A stretch of 64,000 nucleotides of DNA from the human T2T-CHM13v2.0 reference genome, Homo sapiens, in the NCBI RefSeq assembly GCF_009914755.1, contig NC_060943.1; one strand, given 5' to 3'. The notes under the pieces are model-generated. The model was not told the origin of the DNA. It saw nothing but the letters and a program-made list of their open reading frames with translations, and ran no database searches. Positions 48,826 through 64,000 of the stretch are shown here, in pieces. How positions within the stretch are numbered: the first letter of the stretch is position 1; every line of letters begins with the position of its first letter. The position numbers and the translations under genes were made by a program.

Positions 48826-50309
48826 TCAAAGGTAGGGAGACAGCTGGAGATGCAGCTGATGAGGCCCAGTTCACCGCCGGTGGCTCCCAAGGACTTGCCG
48901 TCCCCAGCCCGGACCTCAGCACCTGCCGTGCCGTGGCCAGGTTGCTGGGCCCTCTTCCCACCACATGCTAGGTTCCCAGGGTATCTCGCTCACCACTCCA
49001 CCACCTGCTTGGCACGGTCTTGTTTGCTGTGCCACGGGCATCGATAAACATCTGATGAATGAATGAACACAGAGCCTCAGTCGCTGCTCCTCTGTGAACT
49101 CACGGTCTGGTGAAACAGGCCAGCGGGGCAACAGGAAACTCCATCTGGTGTCACGTGTGCTCCCCTGGAGGAGGCTGAGGGGCTGGATGGAGCCTCAGGT
49201 GTGGGAAAGGGTTCCAGGAGGAGGGGCAGTCTTAGCAGGTTCCTGCAGATGAATAGGAGTTTGCCAGGGAGGATGGACAGTGTGTGGAGAGGGTAGGAGG
49301 GAGGTGAGTGGTTTCGAGTAGGGATGGTGGGGCAGGAGGATGGTGAGAGAGCTCAGAGCGTAGGAGAGAGGAGTGGCCAAGATGAGCAGGGCCCTGGTGC
49401 TGCAGGGGCGAGAATTTTACTCCGAGGGTGATGGGGGATGGTGGCATGATCCTGAGTAGGGGAGAGCAGAATCCTTCGGGATACTCAGGTCTGGAGCTCA
49501 GGAGAGTGATGGGGCATCACGGCACGGATGGTGCTGGATACCAGCGGTGTGGAGCCCACCTAGGGAGAGGGTATACAGTGAGAGGACCCCACTGAAGACT
49601 CACAGCTCAGGGGGTAAGAAACAGTTATGCCAGGGGTAGGAGTGATTGAAGAGCTAAGAGGGACACCAGGAGGGAGCAGTGTCAGGAAAGTTGAGAGCTT
49701 TTTTTTTTCTTTTTAAACAGGGTGTCACTCTGTTGCCCAGGCTGGAGTGCAGTGGTGCAATCACAGCTCACTGCAGCCTTGAACTCCTGGGCTCAACCAT
49801 CCTCCCACCTCAGCCTCCTGAGTAGCTGGGACTACAGGCACGTGCTACCACAGTCAGTTAATTTTTGTATTTTTTTGTAGAGACAGGGTCTCACGATGTA
49901 GCCCAGGTTGGTCTCCAACTCCAGGGCTGAAGTGATTTGCCTGCCTTGGCCTCCCCAAGTGCTGGGATTACAGGTGTGAGCCACTGCGCCCAGCCAGAGA
50001 GCATTTTTTAAACGAGGGAGTGGCAGGGGCGGTCAGATGCCTCTGGAAGGAAGATAGGTGATGGGTGATTTTGGAGAGAAAGGTTTTTTGTGGTGTGGTA
50101 GGGGTGGAAGCTGGGCGGAGCAGAGGAGACCATAGGTGCGGACAGCTCTTGGGTGTGAGGGGAGGAGAAGGGTGGTTGATACTGATGGCTGTTTATAAGA
50201 AAGGAAAACCTGGATGGCACTTGGAACAAAAACAATCACTCACATGTATTCTGTGCTCAGCACAGCCAGGGACTGTGATGAAACCTTGGTTGTTTTTTTT
50301 TTTTTTTGA

Positions 50310-50652
<343 letters not shown>

Positions 50653-50786
50653 TAAACACAGCATAGGCCAGGCGCAGTGGCTCACGCCTGTAATCCTAGC
50701 ACTTTGGGAAGCCGAGGCGGGCAGATTGCCTGAGCTCAGGAGTTTGAGACCAGCCTGGGCAACACGGTGAAACCCTGTCTTTACTA

Positions 50787-50969
<183 letters not shown>

Positions 50970-51227
50970 TCAAGCATTTTAAACATTTTTAGGTACAATT
51001 CAGTGGGATTCAGCAGATTCGCATTGCTGTGTAGCCATCACTACTCTCTAACTCCCCCAGATGTTTTCATTGTCCTCAAATTCTGCACCCACTAAATGAT
51101 AACTCCCTGCTTCTCCCTTCCCCAGCCCCTAGCAACAATCATTCGACTTTCTGTCTCTATGAATTTGACTACTCTAGGTCCAGGTACCTGACATAATAGG
51201 AATTGGATTTTTTTTTTTTTTTTTTAA

Positions 51228-51377
<150 letters not shown>

Positions 51378-54087
51378 TAAAAAAATATTTTGTAGAGATG
51401 GGGTCTCACTGTGCTGCCCAGGCTTGTCTTGAACTCCTGGGCCCAAGTGATTCTCCTCCCACCTCAGCCTCTCAAAGTGCTGGGATTACAGGCGTGAGCC
51501 ACTGCACCTGGCCAAAAGGAATCATATGATATTTGTCCTCTTGTGACTGGCTTATTTCACTCAACCTAATGTTCTCAACACTCATCCACGTTGCAGCATG
51601 TGCCAGGATTTCTTTCCTTTTTTAAGGCTGATTGCTATTCCACTGTGTATATAGACCACATTCTGTTTAACCAGCCAAGTTCTTTATCTGGGTTAGTGTC
51701 TTCCCTTTCTTTTCCTCCCTCTTTCCCTTCATCTCTCCCTCTTCTCCCATCTGCCTTCCTTTTCTCCCCCACCTCTTTTCAGCAAATATTTATCAAGCAC
51801 CTACTATGTACACCCTCATAGTTCTAGGGGATACAGCAATGAACACAATAGATACCCCTTCCAAAAAAATCTTTGCCCTACTGATCTGTATATTCTGGAA
51901 GAAAAAGAAAGTAAATAAATACGATATACGACATTACAAGTTATGAGGGTCTATGAAAAGGTGGCAGCAAGGGCTTCCCTGCAGTGGAAGGGGTCTGTAG
52001 GTTTGGGAACTGCAAGATGGTCAGTGGGGGGCCAAGTGGGTGAGGGGAGAATAGACAGTGAGGATAGTGAGGTCATGGAAAGTCTGGACTCCTCGGGAGA
52101 GGCACTAACTTGTCCCCATTTTACAGACAGGGAAACTGAGGCTGAGAGAGGAGGTGGCTTGTCCAAGGTCCCACAGCTGGTAGGTGCAGGAGGTATCAGA
52201 GACTCCAGGACTGTCCGAACCTCCGCTCCACACTGTAAACTCTTCCTTCTGTTGTCTCCCAAGGCCACTAACAAGTTCATTTGCACACCGATGTGTGTGT
52301 CCAACACGATTTGAACACATTTCACGAGAATTAACTTGCTGACACCTTCCCGTAGCCATGGGAGAGCTCATGAGTACCTCCGGTATTGTTACTCCCCTCA
52401 TTGTACAGATGGAGGAAGCCAAGATGGAGATGCTCGGCCACGTGCCAAGGTTACACAACGCTGAACGGGGGCGCCGTGATTTGAACGCAGGTGGAGAGCT
52501 CTCAACCACCTCACGAAATGTTCAAGAACAAAGGAGTGGATGGTGCAACCAGCGATGTGGTGGGATTAGCCCCAGACATGGGGAAAGACTCCTCTTACAT
52601 TGTTTCGGGAAGGAAGAAGGAAAGGGCAGGTCAGGTGCGGGTAGGGTGTGAGCCCGATGGCAGGAAGTCGAGGCTGGTCCGTCCTGTGGCTTGTTTCTTC
52701 CAGGGAGACGTCAGTCGGCTCATCTCAAGGGGCCTTGGTGGGTGGGGTTGGGAAGGCTGAGGGTGGTGGTGAAGGGGCCCAGGTGACGCTGAGGATCACA
52801 TGTTTTAAGGGGCACCCTCTCAGCAGTTGGCGGATTTTTTTTTTCCTCCAACTTCCTGGATGTAGACAAAGAGAAGGCGCCTGCAGGACTGGGTGATGGT
52901 GGGAGGGATGCTGGGACTGGGGAGCTGAGGGTCGCCAGGGCAGAGGGGACTCTGGGGTTGCCCTTGAACTCCTGGGCTCAAGTGATCCTCCTCCCGCCTC
53001 AGCCTCTCAAAGTGCTGGGATTACAGGTGTGAGCCAGTGCACCCGGCCAAAAGGAATCATATTATATTTGTCCTCTTGTGACCGGCTTATTTCACTCAAC
53101 CTAAAGTTCTCAGGGGGTGGAGACAAGGGGTGTTGGTGGGGAGGCTGCCTGAGGAGGGTCAGACGTCTTTGAGGTGGAAGAACAGGAATGGCGCAGACAA
53201 CCATGCACAGAGGCAGGGGAAGCTGTGGTCAGGGAGTGGGAATGTGGGATTTTGTGGTTTCAGAGGTGGAGCTCTTCCAGATAGAGATAGAGGCTGGGTG
53301 TGACTGTGGGAACGACGGCGGGGGAGGTGGTCTCTGGCCACGTGGAGGTAGTGGGATGCAGAAGCTGGGGTGTCCTATCTTTGGAAGCTGGGGGGTCCTC
53401 TCTCCTGAAGCTCCCCACTCCATGTGTCAGCCAGTACCCGTCTCTCTGTCCACTTATCATAGCAATGGGGCAGGTCACCAAGGGCTTCACATACATCCTC
53501 TCACATTTAACCCTCGTGAAAGCCCTGTGGGGTGAGGGACTCTTATTACTACCACGTTATAGATGAGGAAACCAGGCCTTAGACAAGTAACTTGGGCAAG
53601 TGGCACAGCCAGGCCTCGAACCCAGATCATTTGGCTGTTAAACACCATGTCACCCTGTCTGCAAATCTGTTTCCATGTCAGCGAGGGTGGGGAGTTCTGT
53701 TTGCCTTGTTCCCCGATGGGTCCCCAGCTCCTAGAACAGCCTGGCATGAGTGTGCACACAGTGAATTGTCGTGGGATGAGCAGACAGACCCCCGTCTCTG
53801 TCTTCCCTTGGGTCCTGATAGGCTCTTGGTTGGCAACTTTCCTAGTGTCTACCGTGTGCCATGTCTCCCTTAATTCTCCCACCAGCCCCATGAGACACGA
53901 TGACACTCATTTTACAGATGACGAAATGGAGAGAAATGAGGTCAGTTGTCTAACGTGGCATGGAAGGGCTGGGATTTGAACCCGAGCCAGCCTGACTTGA
54001 TGCCTCTCTGCTTCTGATCTCATGTGTGTCATTGATGATCCAAACTCTCTCCGGGTAATCTCTCAGACCTTTCCGAGCCAGCACTGA

Positions 54088-54507
<420 letters not shown>

Positions 54508-57500
54508 CCTCCCATTTATTTCTGTTTAAGCTCCACGGTGTACCCCAACCTTCCCCCTGTGTCTCCTCTAAGTTAGTATCCTCTCCCCAGGTGCTTGGGT
54601 CAAAGACGCTTGGGAGCGTCTCTGATTCCTCCCTCGCTCTCACCTCCCATTTTGGCAGTTCCTGTCACTTAGCTCCAAAGTACACAGTAAAGAATCCACC
54701 CACTTGTCTCCTCTCAGTCGCCCTCTTCCAAGTCACCCTTATCTCCCACCTACACAGGTGCAAGAGCATCCAAACTGGTCTCGCTGCTTCCAGCCTCGAC
54801 CCCCAACCCCTCCCTCCCTCGCCCTGCTAAGTCCATTCTCTACTCAGCAGCCAACGTCTTCTTAAAACAATATCATGTTAAAACCTGCTTAAAACCCATC
54901 TGTGAGTGCCCACTGCAATTATAATAAAACGCAAATGCCTCCAAGGCACTTGGTGTCTGGCTTCTGTCCATCCTTCCAACCTCATCACTGCATTGTGTAC
55001 TGTGCCTCTGCCCCCTGGAACTTCTTCCATCTTCTCAACATTGGGAGGCGCCTTCCCAACTTAGAGGCTTGGCCTTTGCTGTTCCCTCTGCCTGGGACAT
55101 GCTTCCCACCACTCTGCCTGTGATCTTCCTTCAGATTTCAGCTTAAAGGTCATCTCCTGACCACCTTCTCCAGAGCTGGCATTCCCTTCCAGTTTCCATC
55201 TCAGCTTCTTGTGGGTTTCCTTCCTACACCTTATCTCAATCTGTAATTGCTCTATCGGTTTGCTTCCTTGTTTATTATTATTGCTGGTTTTCTTCCTCTC
55301 TATGGTGTTTATTACTGTCGGATGTCTCTCATGTTTTATTTATTTACTTTCTTACTCTTACGTCTACTCTGTCTCCCACGACTTGAATGGCAACCCTGAC
55401 AGTGCAGGGATTTTCACTGTCTTTATCTGCCTCTATGCCCTGGCACATAGGAGGTGTTCAGTAAACCTTTGTGGAAGGAAGAGGCATCTCTTATTAGAAC
55501 TGAGGCTTCACGAGGGCAGGGACCTTGTCTATCTTGTTGCTGAATCCCTGTTGCCACGTCTGCCACCCGGCACGTGGCAGGGGCTCTATAACAGGCTGAA
55601 GGAGGAAGATCATCTCAGAGCCTGTTTAGAATCTCTGCTTTTCTCCAGAATCTCTGCACTCAATGTCTCCACCTCCTCAGACCTGACAGCGATCTCCAAT
55701 GACCCAGCCCCAGGAGAGCACACAGGTGGAAGATGGGGAAGCCGGTCTTTCTGAGACTGGGCTCCAAATCCCTGCAGTGGGGAGAATGCTTCTGACCTGA
55801 TGGGATGAGACGCTGGCGTTTCGCCCCACTGCCACCTTTAGTTGTGTTTATGTAGAGGCTGTGTTTGCCAAGGCCACAGGCCACAGCAAAAGTCCCTTTG
55901 TCCCCATGAAGACTGGGGCCTCCTGTTTAGCTAAAGGAGCGTCTGTGTTCACTTGGGCCTCCAGCCTCAGCAGCTCCCTGCCCCTGCCCTCCATATTTAC
56001 CAAGCCTTCCTCCTCCAGCAAAAGAATTTCCCGGGTTTACCATGGCCACCGGCATATGTGGCGAACATCTTTTTTGTTTGTTTTTGTTCAGTCTGCCTGG
56101 AAGAAATGTCTCTTGGATTTACACTGCCTTTGAGAACACGTAGGGCTCTTCGCCCTTAGGAAACACACCCTCAGCATTGAATAGGGTTCCCAGCTCTTGG
56201 TGAGGACTTCTTAAATGGCCCTCACATCCATTCTCACCATCCTGACACCCTCGCCACTGCCCCAGTTTTGGCTACCAAATCCATTCCCAGACCTTTGTCC
56301 CAGCCCTCTCCCTGGCCTCCTGGCTGAGTCTTCCCTACTCCAGTCCTTCCTGGACACGGCCCCAGAGGGATCTTTCTGACACCCAGAGCCGGCCCTGTCT
56401 GCTCTCGCCCTCCCTAAGTGCCCCATCCCGGCCAGAAGAATTCCAGTGCTTTATGGAGGGCTGGCCACCCCCTCCACCATCCTGCACAGGGAGGAGCGGC
56501 AAAGCCTCGCAGGGACTTGGGGCTCCCATGCCTGCAGGCCTCTGTGCCTGCCATTCTCTCTGCCTTGCACATTTGTCCCCATCTCGCCCTTTCCTGTGCT
56601 CATTCTTACTCATCTCCAGCTCCCGGTTTACACATTACCTCTTTCAGGAAGCGTTCCATGACGCACCGCACTGAGTTAGAAGCCCCACCTCAGGCCTCCC
56701 CTGTGTCCCTCCTAAGCCCCACGGTGGCACATATCCCTCCGGATCTTGACTTGCCAGTATCCCTGCCCGCCTCCGCTGGCAGACAGGGAGCCCATTGAGG
56801 GCAGGGACTGGGGCTGACTCAGCTGCATTGCCCCACCGCCCTGCGCAGGGCCCGCCAGCTCCAAGGAGGCGTCAGGAAATGTTTGCTGCATGAATAAAGG
56901 GGTGATCAGTATCCCTCCTTTACTCAAATATCCTCCATGGCTTCTGCAGTGCTTAGAAACAAAGCCAAGCCAAAGTCGCTTCTCCCTCTCACCTCTCTCC
57001 TCCACCTGCCCCCTCTCCTTTTTCCCTCAATCTCAGAGTCTGCACTTGCTGTTTCCTGCCAGGAACACTTTCCCAGAGACCCTCCACCCCTGTGCTCTCT
57101 GCCTCACCCTGCACCTTTCCCTGAATATCTCCTCCTTGAAGCCTCCCCGTCCCTCCTACTTAAATAGAAGCGATTATCACGATCCAACATACCATATATT
57201 TGACTTATTTTTCTCGTTTTTTTTTTTTTTTTTTTGTATCTCCCTTGAGGGCATGGTTTTGTTCTGTTCACTGCTGTCACAAATCACCTGCTCAAAAAGT
57301 ATTTGTTGAGTGGATGACACAGGGGTCTTGAGGTCAAGGAGTGTCTGGTGTTTATACGGGGCCTTAAGATCTCTGCCAACCTGTGTCTCTCACCCTTAAG
57401 GACTGGCTCAGAGACCAGCGGGCAGGTGGGCAGAGACAGCTGAGCTCCCAGTCGGGGCTGGGGAGGGGGAGACCTGGCTTTGATGTCAATGACCACCGGA

Positions 57501-58679
57501 TGCACAGGCGAGGTCACAGCGACCCCTTGTGGCCAGAGACGAAAAGAGCACCTCCCCCCCGCCCCGCTTTTTTTTTTTTTTTTTCTTTTTTTTTTTTGAA
57601 ACGGAGCCTGGCTCTGTCGCCCAGGCTGGAGTGCAGTGGCCAGATCTCGAGATCTTGGCTCACTGCAACCTCTGCCTCCAGGGTTCAAGCCTCAGCCTCC
57701 TGGGTAGCTGGGATTACAGGCACCTGCCACCCCGCCTGGCTAATTTTTGTATTTTTCGTAGAGGCAGGGTTCCATCTCAAATTCCTGATCTCAAGTGATC
57801 TGCCTGCCTCAGCCTCCCAAAGTGCTGGGATTTCAGGCGTGAGCCACCACACCTAGCACCCCCAGCTCTTCAGAGACCCCCATGAGGAAGGCCGCAAGCC
57901 CAGGCTAAGAGGGACGGCGAGCACTCACTAAATGCCAGGCGCTCTTCTAAGCACTGATATGTATTTTTAACAATAACCACAGGACGGAAGTACCATTCCT
58001 CCCCACACTGTACAGCCAAAGAACCTGCTCAAGGTCACACAGCATTCCCGGCAGAGCTTGGTTCTGAACTCAGGCAGTCTGGGTCTAGGAAGCACATTGC
58101 AAACCTGCGCGGTCCAGTGGAGTGCCCACAGGTCCCATGTGGCAGCCGAACTGTGGGGAGTCTGGATTGAGATGGGCCGAAAGTGTAACATACACACCGA
58201 ATTTTGAAAACTCTATATGAAAAAACATGTATAAAACATCTCGCTTAAGTTTTAACAAACTGATTACATATTAAAATTATAATATTTTGTATAAGTGGGT
58301 CAAATAAATTTATTAAAATATCACTTGTGTCCCTTCTCTAAAAATACGGCTATGAAAATATTCTAAATTATACATACGGTTTGCATTTTCGATTGGAGAG
58401 TGCCTTAAACCACAAAAGAAATCTAATCCACTGCCCACCCCACCCCATGCACAGGGACAAACTCCAATGAACAGAAGGGAAAAGGTCCCTTACCCAAAGC
58501 CACACAGTAAATCACTGGCACGTCAGCAATAGGAACCTAGGTCCCCTGGCTTCCAGCAGGTAGCCCAGCAAAAGTGTCCAGAGCTCCAGCTCCTTTGCTG
58601 ATTTGCTGCAGTGTGGCCCTGGGCAACTTACTTCACCTCTCTGGGCTGTAATTTCATCCTTTATGAAATTGGTGCTGAA

Positions 58680-59152
58680 GGAACCAACCCAAATGCCCAT
58701 CAATCAACGAGTGGATAAAGAAACTGTGGTGTATACGTATACGATGGACTACTACTCGGCCATAAAAAGGAATGAATTAACAGCATTTGCAATGACCTGG
58801 ATGAGATTGGAGACTATTATTTTAAGTGAAATAACTCAGGAATGGAAAACCGAACATCCTATGTTCTCACTGATATGTGGGAGCTAAGCTATGAGGGTGC
58901 AAAGGCATAAGAATGATACTATGGACTTTGGGGACTTGGGGGGAAGAGTGGGAGGGGAACGAGGGAAAAGAGACAACAAATACAGTGCAGTGTATACTGC
59001 TCAGGTGATGGGTGCACCAGGATCTCACAAATCACCACTAAATAACTTATTCATGTAACCAAATACCACCTGTACCCCAACAACTTATGGAAAAATAAAA
59101 TATTAAAAAATAAAAAATAAACTTTTAGATTCTTCTACATACCAGTTAAAAA
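58680..59152 (+). mobile_element. 5'-truncated L1PB (L1PB1-like) inserted into a MIR
   Basis: ggcataagaatgatac, caaatcaccactaaa, aaataccacctgtacccc; 14-bp TSD aaattggtgctgaa at 58666-58679 and 59153-59166. Confidence 0.9.
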
Positions 59153-60172
59153 AAATTGGTGCTGAAAACCCATTCCTTATGTCACTGAGCTAATGAGGAA
59201 GGCAGGCACACTTGGCACTAGGACTGGCACACAAGCGTCATCCTATACAATTGATCTTGATCATCTTGCACCCCCTACAGCTCATTCTCCTCACAGCAGC
59301 TGGAGTAACTTTTAGAAAATGGAAATTGGACCCACTGTTGGGACCAAAGCCCTCCAAAGACCTACCATCACTCTTAAAATACAAGTCTTTCTTGCCAACA
59401 GAAGACCATGCACGGCCCATCCCTGCTTAGTGGCTCGTTTCATCTCTTGCTATTCTCCTCCTCACCCACTCTGTTCCCGCCACACTGGACTTGCTGTTCC
59501 TTGCACTTGCAAGCTGATTCCCACCCCTCCAGGCTTTTGCACCAGCAGTTCCCTCCACCAGGAAAGCTCTTCCCCCAAATGGCTCCATGCTTTGTTCTTT
59601 TGCTTCTGTAGGTCTGTGCATAACGTCACTTCCTCCAAGGCCCTTCCTTCCCTGACCCCTGTGGAAACAAGCTCTTCCTGTCTCTCTCTCTCATCATTTT
59701 TTTTTTAATTTGTAGCATTCATCACTACCTGACATTACATATTGATGTGCTTGCTGTCCGTTTCTCCCAGACTGAACTTCATGAGGGCAGAGACTTGTCT
59801 CCTGTTCACTGCCATGTTCCTAGAACCCAGAGGAGTGCCTGATGCAAAGGAGATGCTCATACACGTTTTGAGTGAATCATCTAGTCCTTGGCCTCCAGCC
59901 CAAGTTTGGGTGGCCACACAGTGAAGACAGGACTGAGAAGCAGGGGTTTGGGAGAATACTAAGCCCTGGGTTGGGTGATGGGAGGAGAGAATTGAGAAGC
60001 CTTCTAGGAGGACCCTGGAGGATCTGAGCAGGGTGATGGGAAGAAGGGGCATTTCTGACAAGAAGCCAGCCCAGCAAGTCCTGGAGGTGGGACTGAGAGC
60101 ACCATCTCCCCGGGAAGTTTGAGATTCTCACAACCTCCCCGTACCTGTACAGGACAGCAACCCTGAGACCCG

Positions 60173-60186
60173 GCGCCCCCTGGTGG
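60173..60186 (-). promoter_or_regulatory. Consensus CTCF core motif CCACCAGGGGGCGC
   Basis: + strand gcgccccctggtgg, an exact match to the canonical core. Confidence 0.8.
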
Positions 60187-60226
60187 TCAGACAGTAACAT
60201 GAACGACCAAGTCCAAGTGGTCACCA

Positions 60227-60232
60227 TTTATT
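60227..60232 (-). terminator. CTU1 distal AATAAA
   Basis: tttatt on + strand about 975 nt after the stop. Confidence 0.65.
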
Positions 60233-60844
60233 GAGCACCTCAACTTCTCTGATCTTCCATTTCCTCCCAATGGTGCCTTGATGCGGGGGGGATGGGGGGG
60301 CGGGGGGGAAGGGGGCTGATTATATTTTCATAGGAGAAATGGGACATGAAAGAGGCTAAGTCACCGACAGGCTCACACAACCCTGCCTCCAGAGTCCAAG
60401 GTTTGGGGAACGCATCCAACCCCTCCTCACCCGTGACAGAGATACCAGGAGAGATTCGAGAGGGGATGGGTGGGGGAGGACCAATTCCACGACCTGTGAT
60501 ATTCGAGAGCTTTGGAGGGAGCCCTCGGTGTGACCCCTTCCGACTGGGTGTCTTAGGGCCATTTACCACTTCAGGCTACAGCCAGTGAGACCGTGGTGGA
60601 GACGAAATGAGGGTGCAGTGCGTGCTACACACGAAGCGCTGGAAGGGAGGCATCGTGACGGCGGCTGTGAATGGCGTGTGTCCATCAAGTCACGCTCCGC
60701 TTACCCCACTGCGGGCAAACAGGAAACATCAGGAATCTGATGCTCAAGGAGGGTCAGGACCATGCTGAGCGCACCCAGAACCAGCAGAGGCCCTGGGCAG
60801 GAGGTCCCCAACCAATCCCCACTCGCTCAAGAATCACACGGTGT

Positions 60845-61050
60845 TCAGCCCCCTCCTCCCTGAGACCCAGGAGTCCACGACCCCAGGCCCTCCTTCCTCA
60901 GCCACAGATGCCTGGGGTCCCCAGTCCCACTTCTTCTAGGCTTAGTCCTGGCCCTCTCCTCTCTCAGACCTAGGATGGTCCCCCAGCCCCCTCCTCCCTC
61001 AGAGCCTGAAGCCCAGTTCGAGACCCTTCTTCCCTGAGACCTCGAAGTCT
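60845..61050 (-). repeat. Degenerate MSR1 units in the CTU1 3'UTR
   Basis: cagccccctcctccctgagacccaggagtcca and diverged copies. Confidence 0.8.
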
Positions 61051-61135
61051 GGGGTCCCAGCTTCTTCAGGGTTTCAGGTGAATGGGCCCCCGTCTCCTTC
61101 CCAACCCCACATGGAAGGCCAGGTAAGGTAACGGG

Positions 61136-61141
61136 TTTATT
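61136..61141 (-). terminator. CTU1 proximal AATAAA
   Basis: tttatt on + strand about 65 nt after the stop. Confidence 0.6.
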
Positions 61142-61169
61142 CACAGTGTCATTTACAGGCAGCCCCCAC

Positions 61170-61800
61170 CCCGCGGCATCAGATCCCGGCGGGAGGCCCG
61201 AAGTCGCTAGAAGGTGGGGACGGCCTTGGAGGCGGGGGGCCGGGCCGGATCCCCGGGCGTCCCCGGCGTCGCCTCCTCGTCCAGACCCCGGCGGCCCTTG
61301 CCGATGGCCAGGCGGGGCCGGCCGCGGTTCAGGCCGTCCAGGAGCGCGCAGGCCTGGCAGAGCGCGCGGCTGGCCAGCGCCCCACAGCGGGAGCAGGCGC
61401 CGGGGCGCGGGGGCCGCGCGGCCGGGGCCAGCGCCAGGCGCTCGGCCGAGTGCACGAGGTCCAGCACCGCGGACGGCCGCGCCGCCTCCAGGCGCTTGAG
61501 CAGGTCCCGGGCGTGGCCGCGGAAGGCCTCGGGCGCGTAGACGCACTCCTCGGAGAAGTAGTCGAGGCGGCGGAAGTGCGCGTACAGCACCACCTCCTTC
61601 TGCGAGGCGAACTGCAGCGGGCGGCAGCGCGGCAGGGCGCCCCCCTCGCCGGGAGAGCCCAGGCCCCCGCCCCGGGCCAGCCGCCCCGCGTCGCCCCGTA
61701 GGAAGTTCATGAGCACGGTCTCCGCCATGTCGTCGGCGTTGTGACCTGGTGGGGAGAGAAGGGAGCGGGTGAGGTGGGGCGCGGAGGGCGCTGCTGGCCA
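61170..61800. other. Intragenic CpG island over the CTU1 last exon
   Basis: Very high GC and CpG density. Confidence 0.85.
61207..61745 (-). CDS. CTU1: Cytosolic tRNA 2-thiolation protein 1 (Ncs6/TtuA family), last coding exon; upstream exons lie beyond the window
   Basis: Acceptor cag| at 61746; [37 protein letters not shown]-terminal CSRC...CQAC zinc finger; stop at 61207. Confidence 0.96.
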
Positions 61801-62110
61801 GGGAGCCCCCCGGGGAACCAAGGGTCCACCAGGACCCAGAGAGAGACTGGGAGGAGAGACCCACGGAGACCCAGGGCACAGTGGGGCCGCCAGGACCCAG
61901 AGAGAGACGGCGACGGGGAGAGCAAGCCATGGAGACAGACCCCCAAACATGGTGTGACAGCCAGGATCCAGAGACAGGGAGGGGGAGAGAGAGCCATGGA
62001 GACCCCTAGGGCACTGTGGGCAACCAGGACGCAGAGAGAGACGGGGAGGGCAAGAGCGAGCCATGGAGACCCTCCGGGAACCGTGAAGCAGCCAGGTGCA
62101 GGCTGCAGGT
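61790..62110 (+). repeat. Degenerate ~60-bp tandem repeat in CTU1 intron
   Basis: Recurring ccaggacccagagagagac...gagccatggagaccc...gggcac. Confidence 0.75.
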
Positions 62111-62389
62111 GGACACAACAAAAAATCAAAGAGAAACATAAGCTCCCCTGGCGCAACTTGGGCGTGCCTTCATGTACCACCCGCCTACTGCATAGCGGAC
62201 CTTATGCTAGTTGCCCTTTCATATAGGGAGTAAAAGTGCATTATGCTGCTAATAACCTTATCAGCCTCAGTTAAAACCGTAATTCAAACTGTACACAAAA
62301 ATCAGAAGGCATTTAAGGCATTTAACCGAGATTCTCAGGAGAGCTGGAGGGGTAGGCAGGCTGCTGTCTCCCCCACCGCCTAGGGAATC

Positions 62390-63465
<1,076 letters not shown>

Positions 63466-63500
63466 TCTTGACACAGAGCCTCTGACAACCCAGACTGTAG

Positions 63501-63788
<288 letters not shown>

Positions 63789-64000
63789 TGATCCACCTGC
63801 CTCGGCCTCCCAAAGCGGCTGGGATTACTAGCATGTGTCACCACCCCTGTAATCACTGCAGTGTTTTTGTGTTATCTTTGTTTAGAAGTAACAGTGAGAA
63901 ATATTTACACACTGGTCACCATGAAATTGAAGCTAAACTTGTTCTGTGTCTTGTCAAGTTATACTTGAGTCTATATCAGTGGTTCTCAATCTGGGATGAG

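Noticed and set aside
60845-61930. 361-aa alternative-frame ORF over the CTU1 exon
   Set aside because: Expected in very GC-rich DNA; starts in intronic repeat, and the CTU1 frame explains the region.

Overview
Human genomic DNA, recognisable as the distal end of the chr19q13.4 kallikrein cluster. I reconstructed three minus-strand genes by hand from splice sites: complete KLK13 (5 coding exons, 277 aa, 19181-27668), complete KLK14 (6 coding exons from the upstream ATG, 267 aa, 40611-45351) and the last coding exon plus 3'UTR of CTU1 (61207-61745). The rest is mostly repeats: about 38 Alus (one AluYa5), L1/L2/MIR, solo ERV LTRs, DNA-transposon relics and simple repeats. Nearly all other listed ORFs are repeat artefacts. 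I found no unambiguous new gene system. The best leads are: (1) two inverted MSR1 minisatellite arrays tightly bracketing the last two KLK14 coding exons, with a candidate 3'UTR intron, a geometry suited to circRNA formation or exon looping; (2) a consensus CTCF site, G4 tract and distal poly(A) signal at the CTU1/KLK border; (3) an old palindromic duplication upstream of KLK14; (4) a candidate upstream non-coding exon and TATA-like box for KLK13; (5) five local copies of one L1M fragment; (6) an L1PB with a short 3' transduction; (7) an orphan exon-like 102-nt segment between KLK13 and KLK14. Repeat subfamily names come from recalled consensus sequences and repeat boundaries are approximate.
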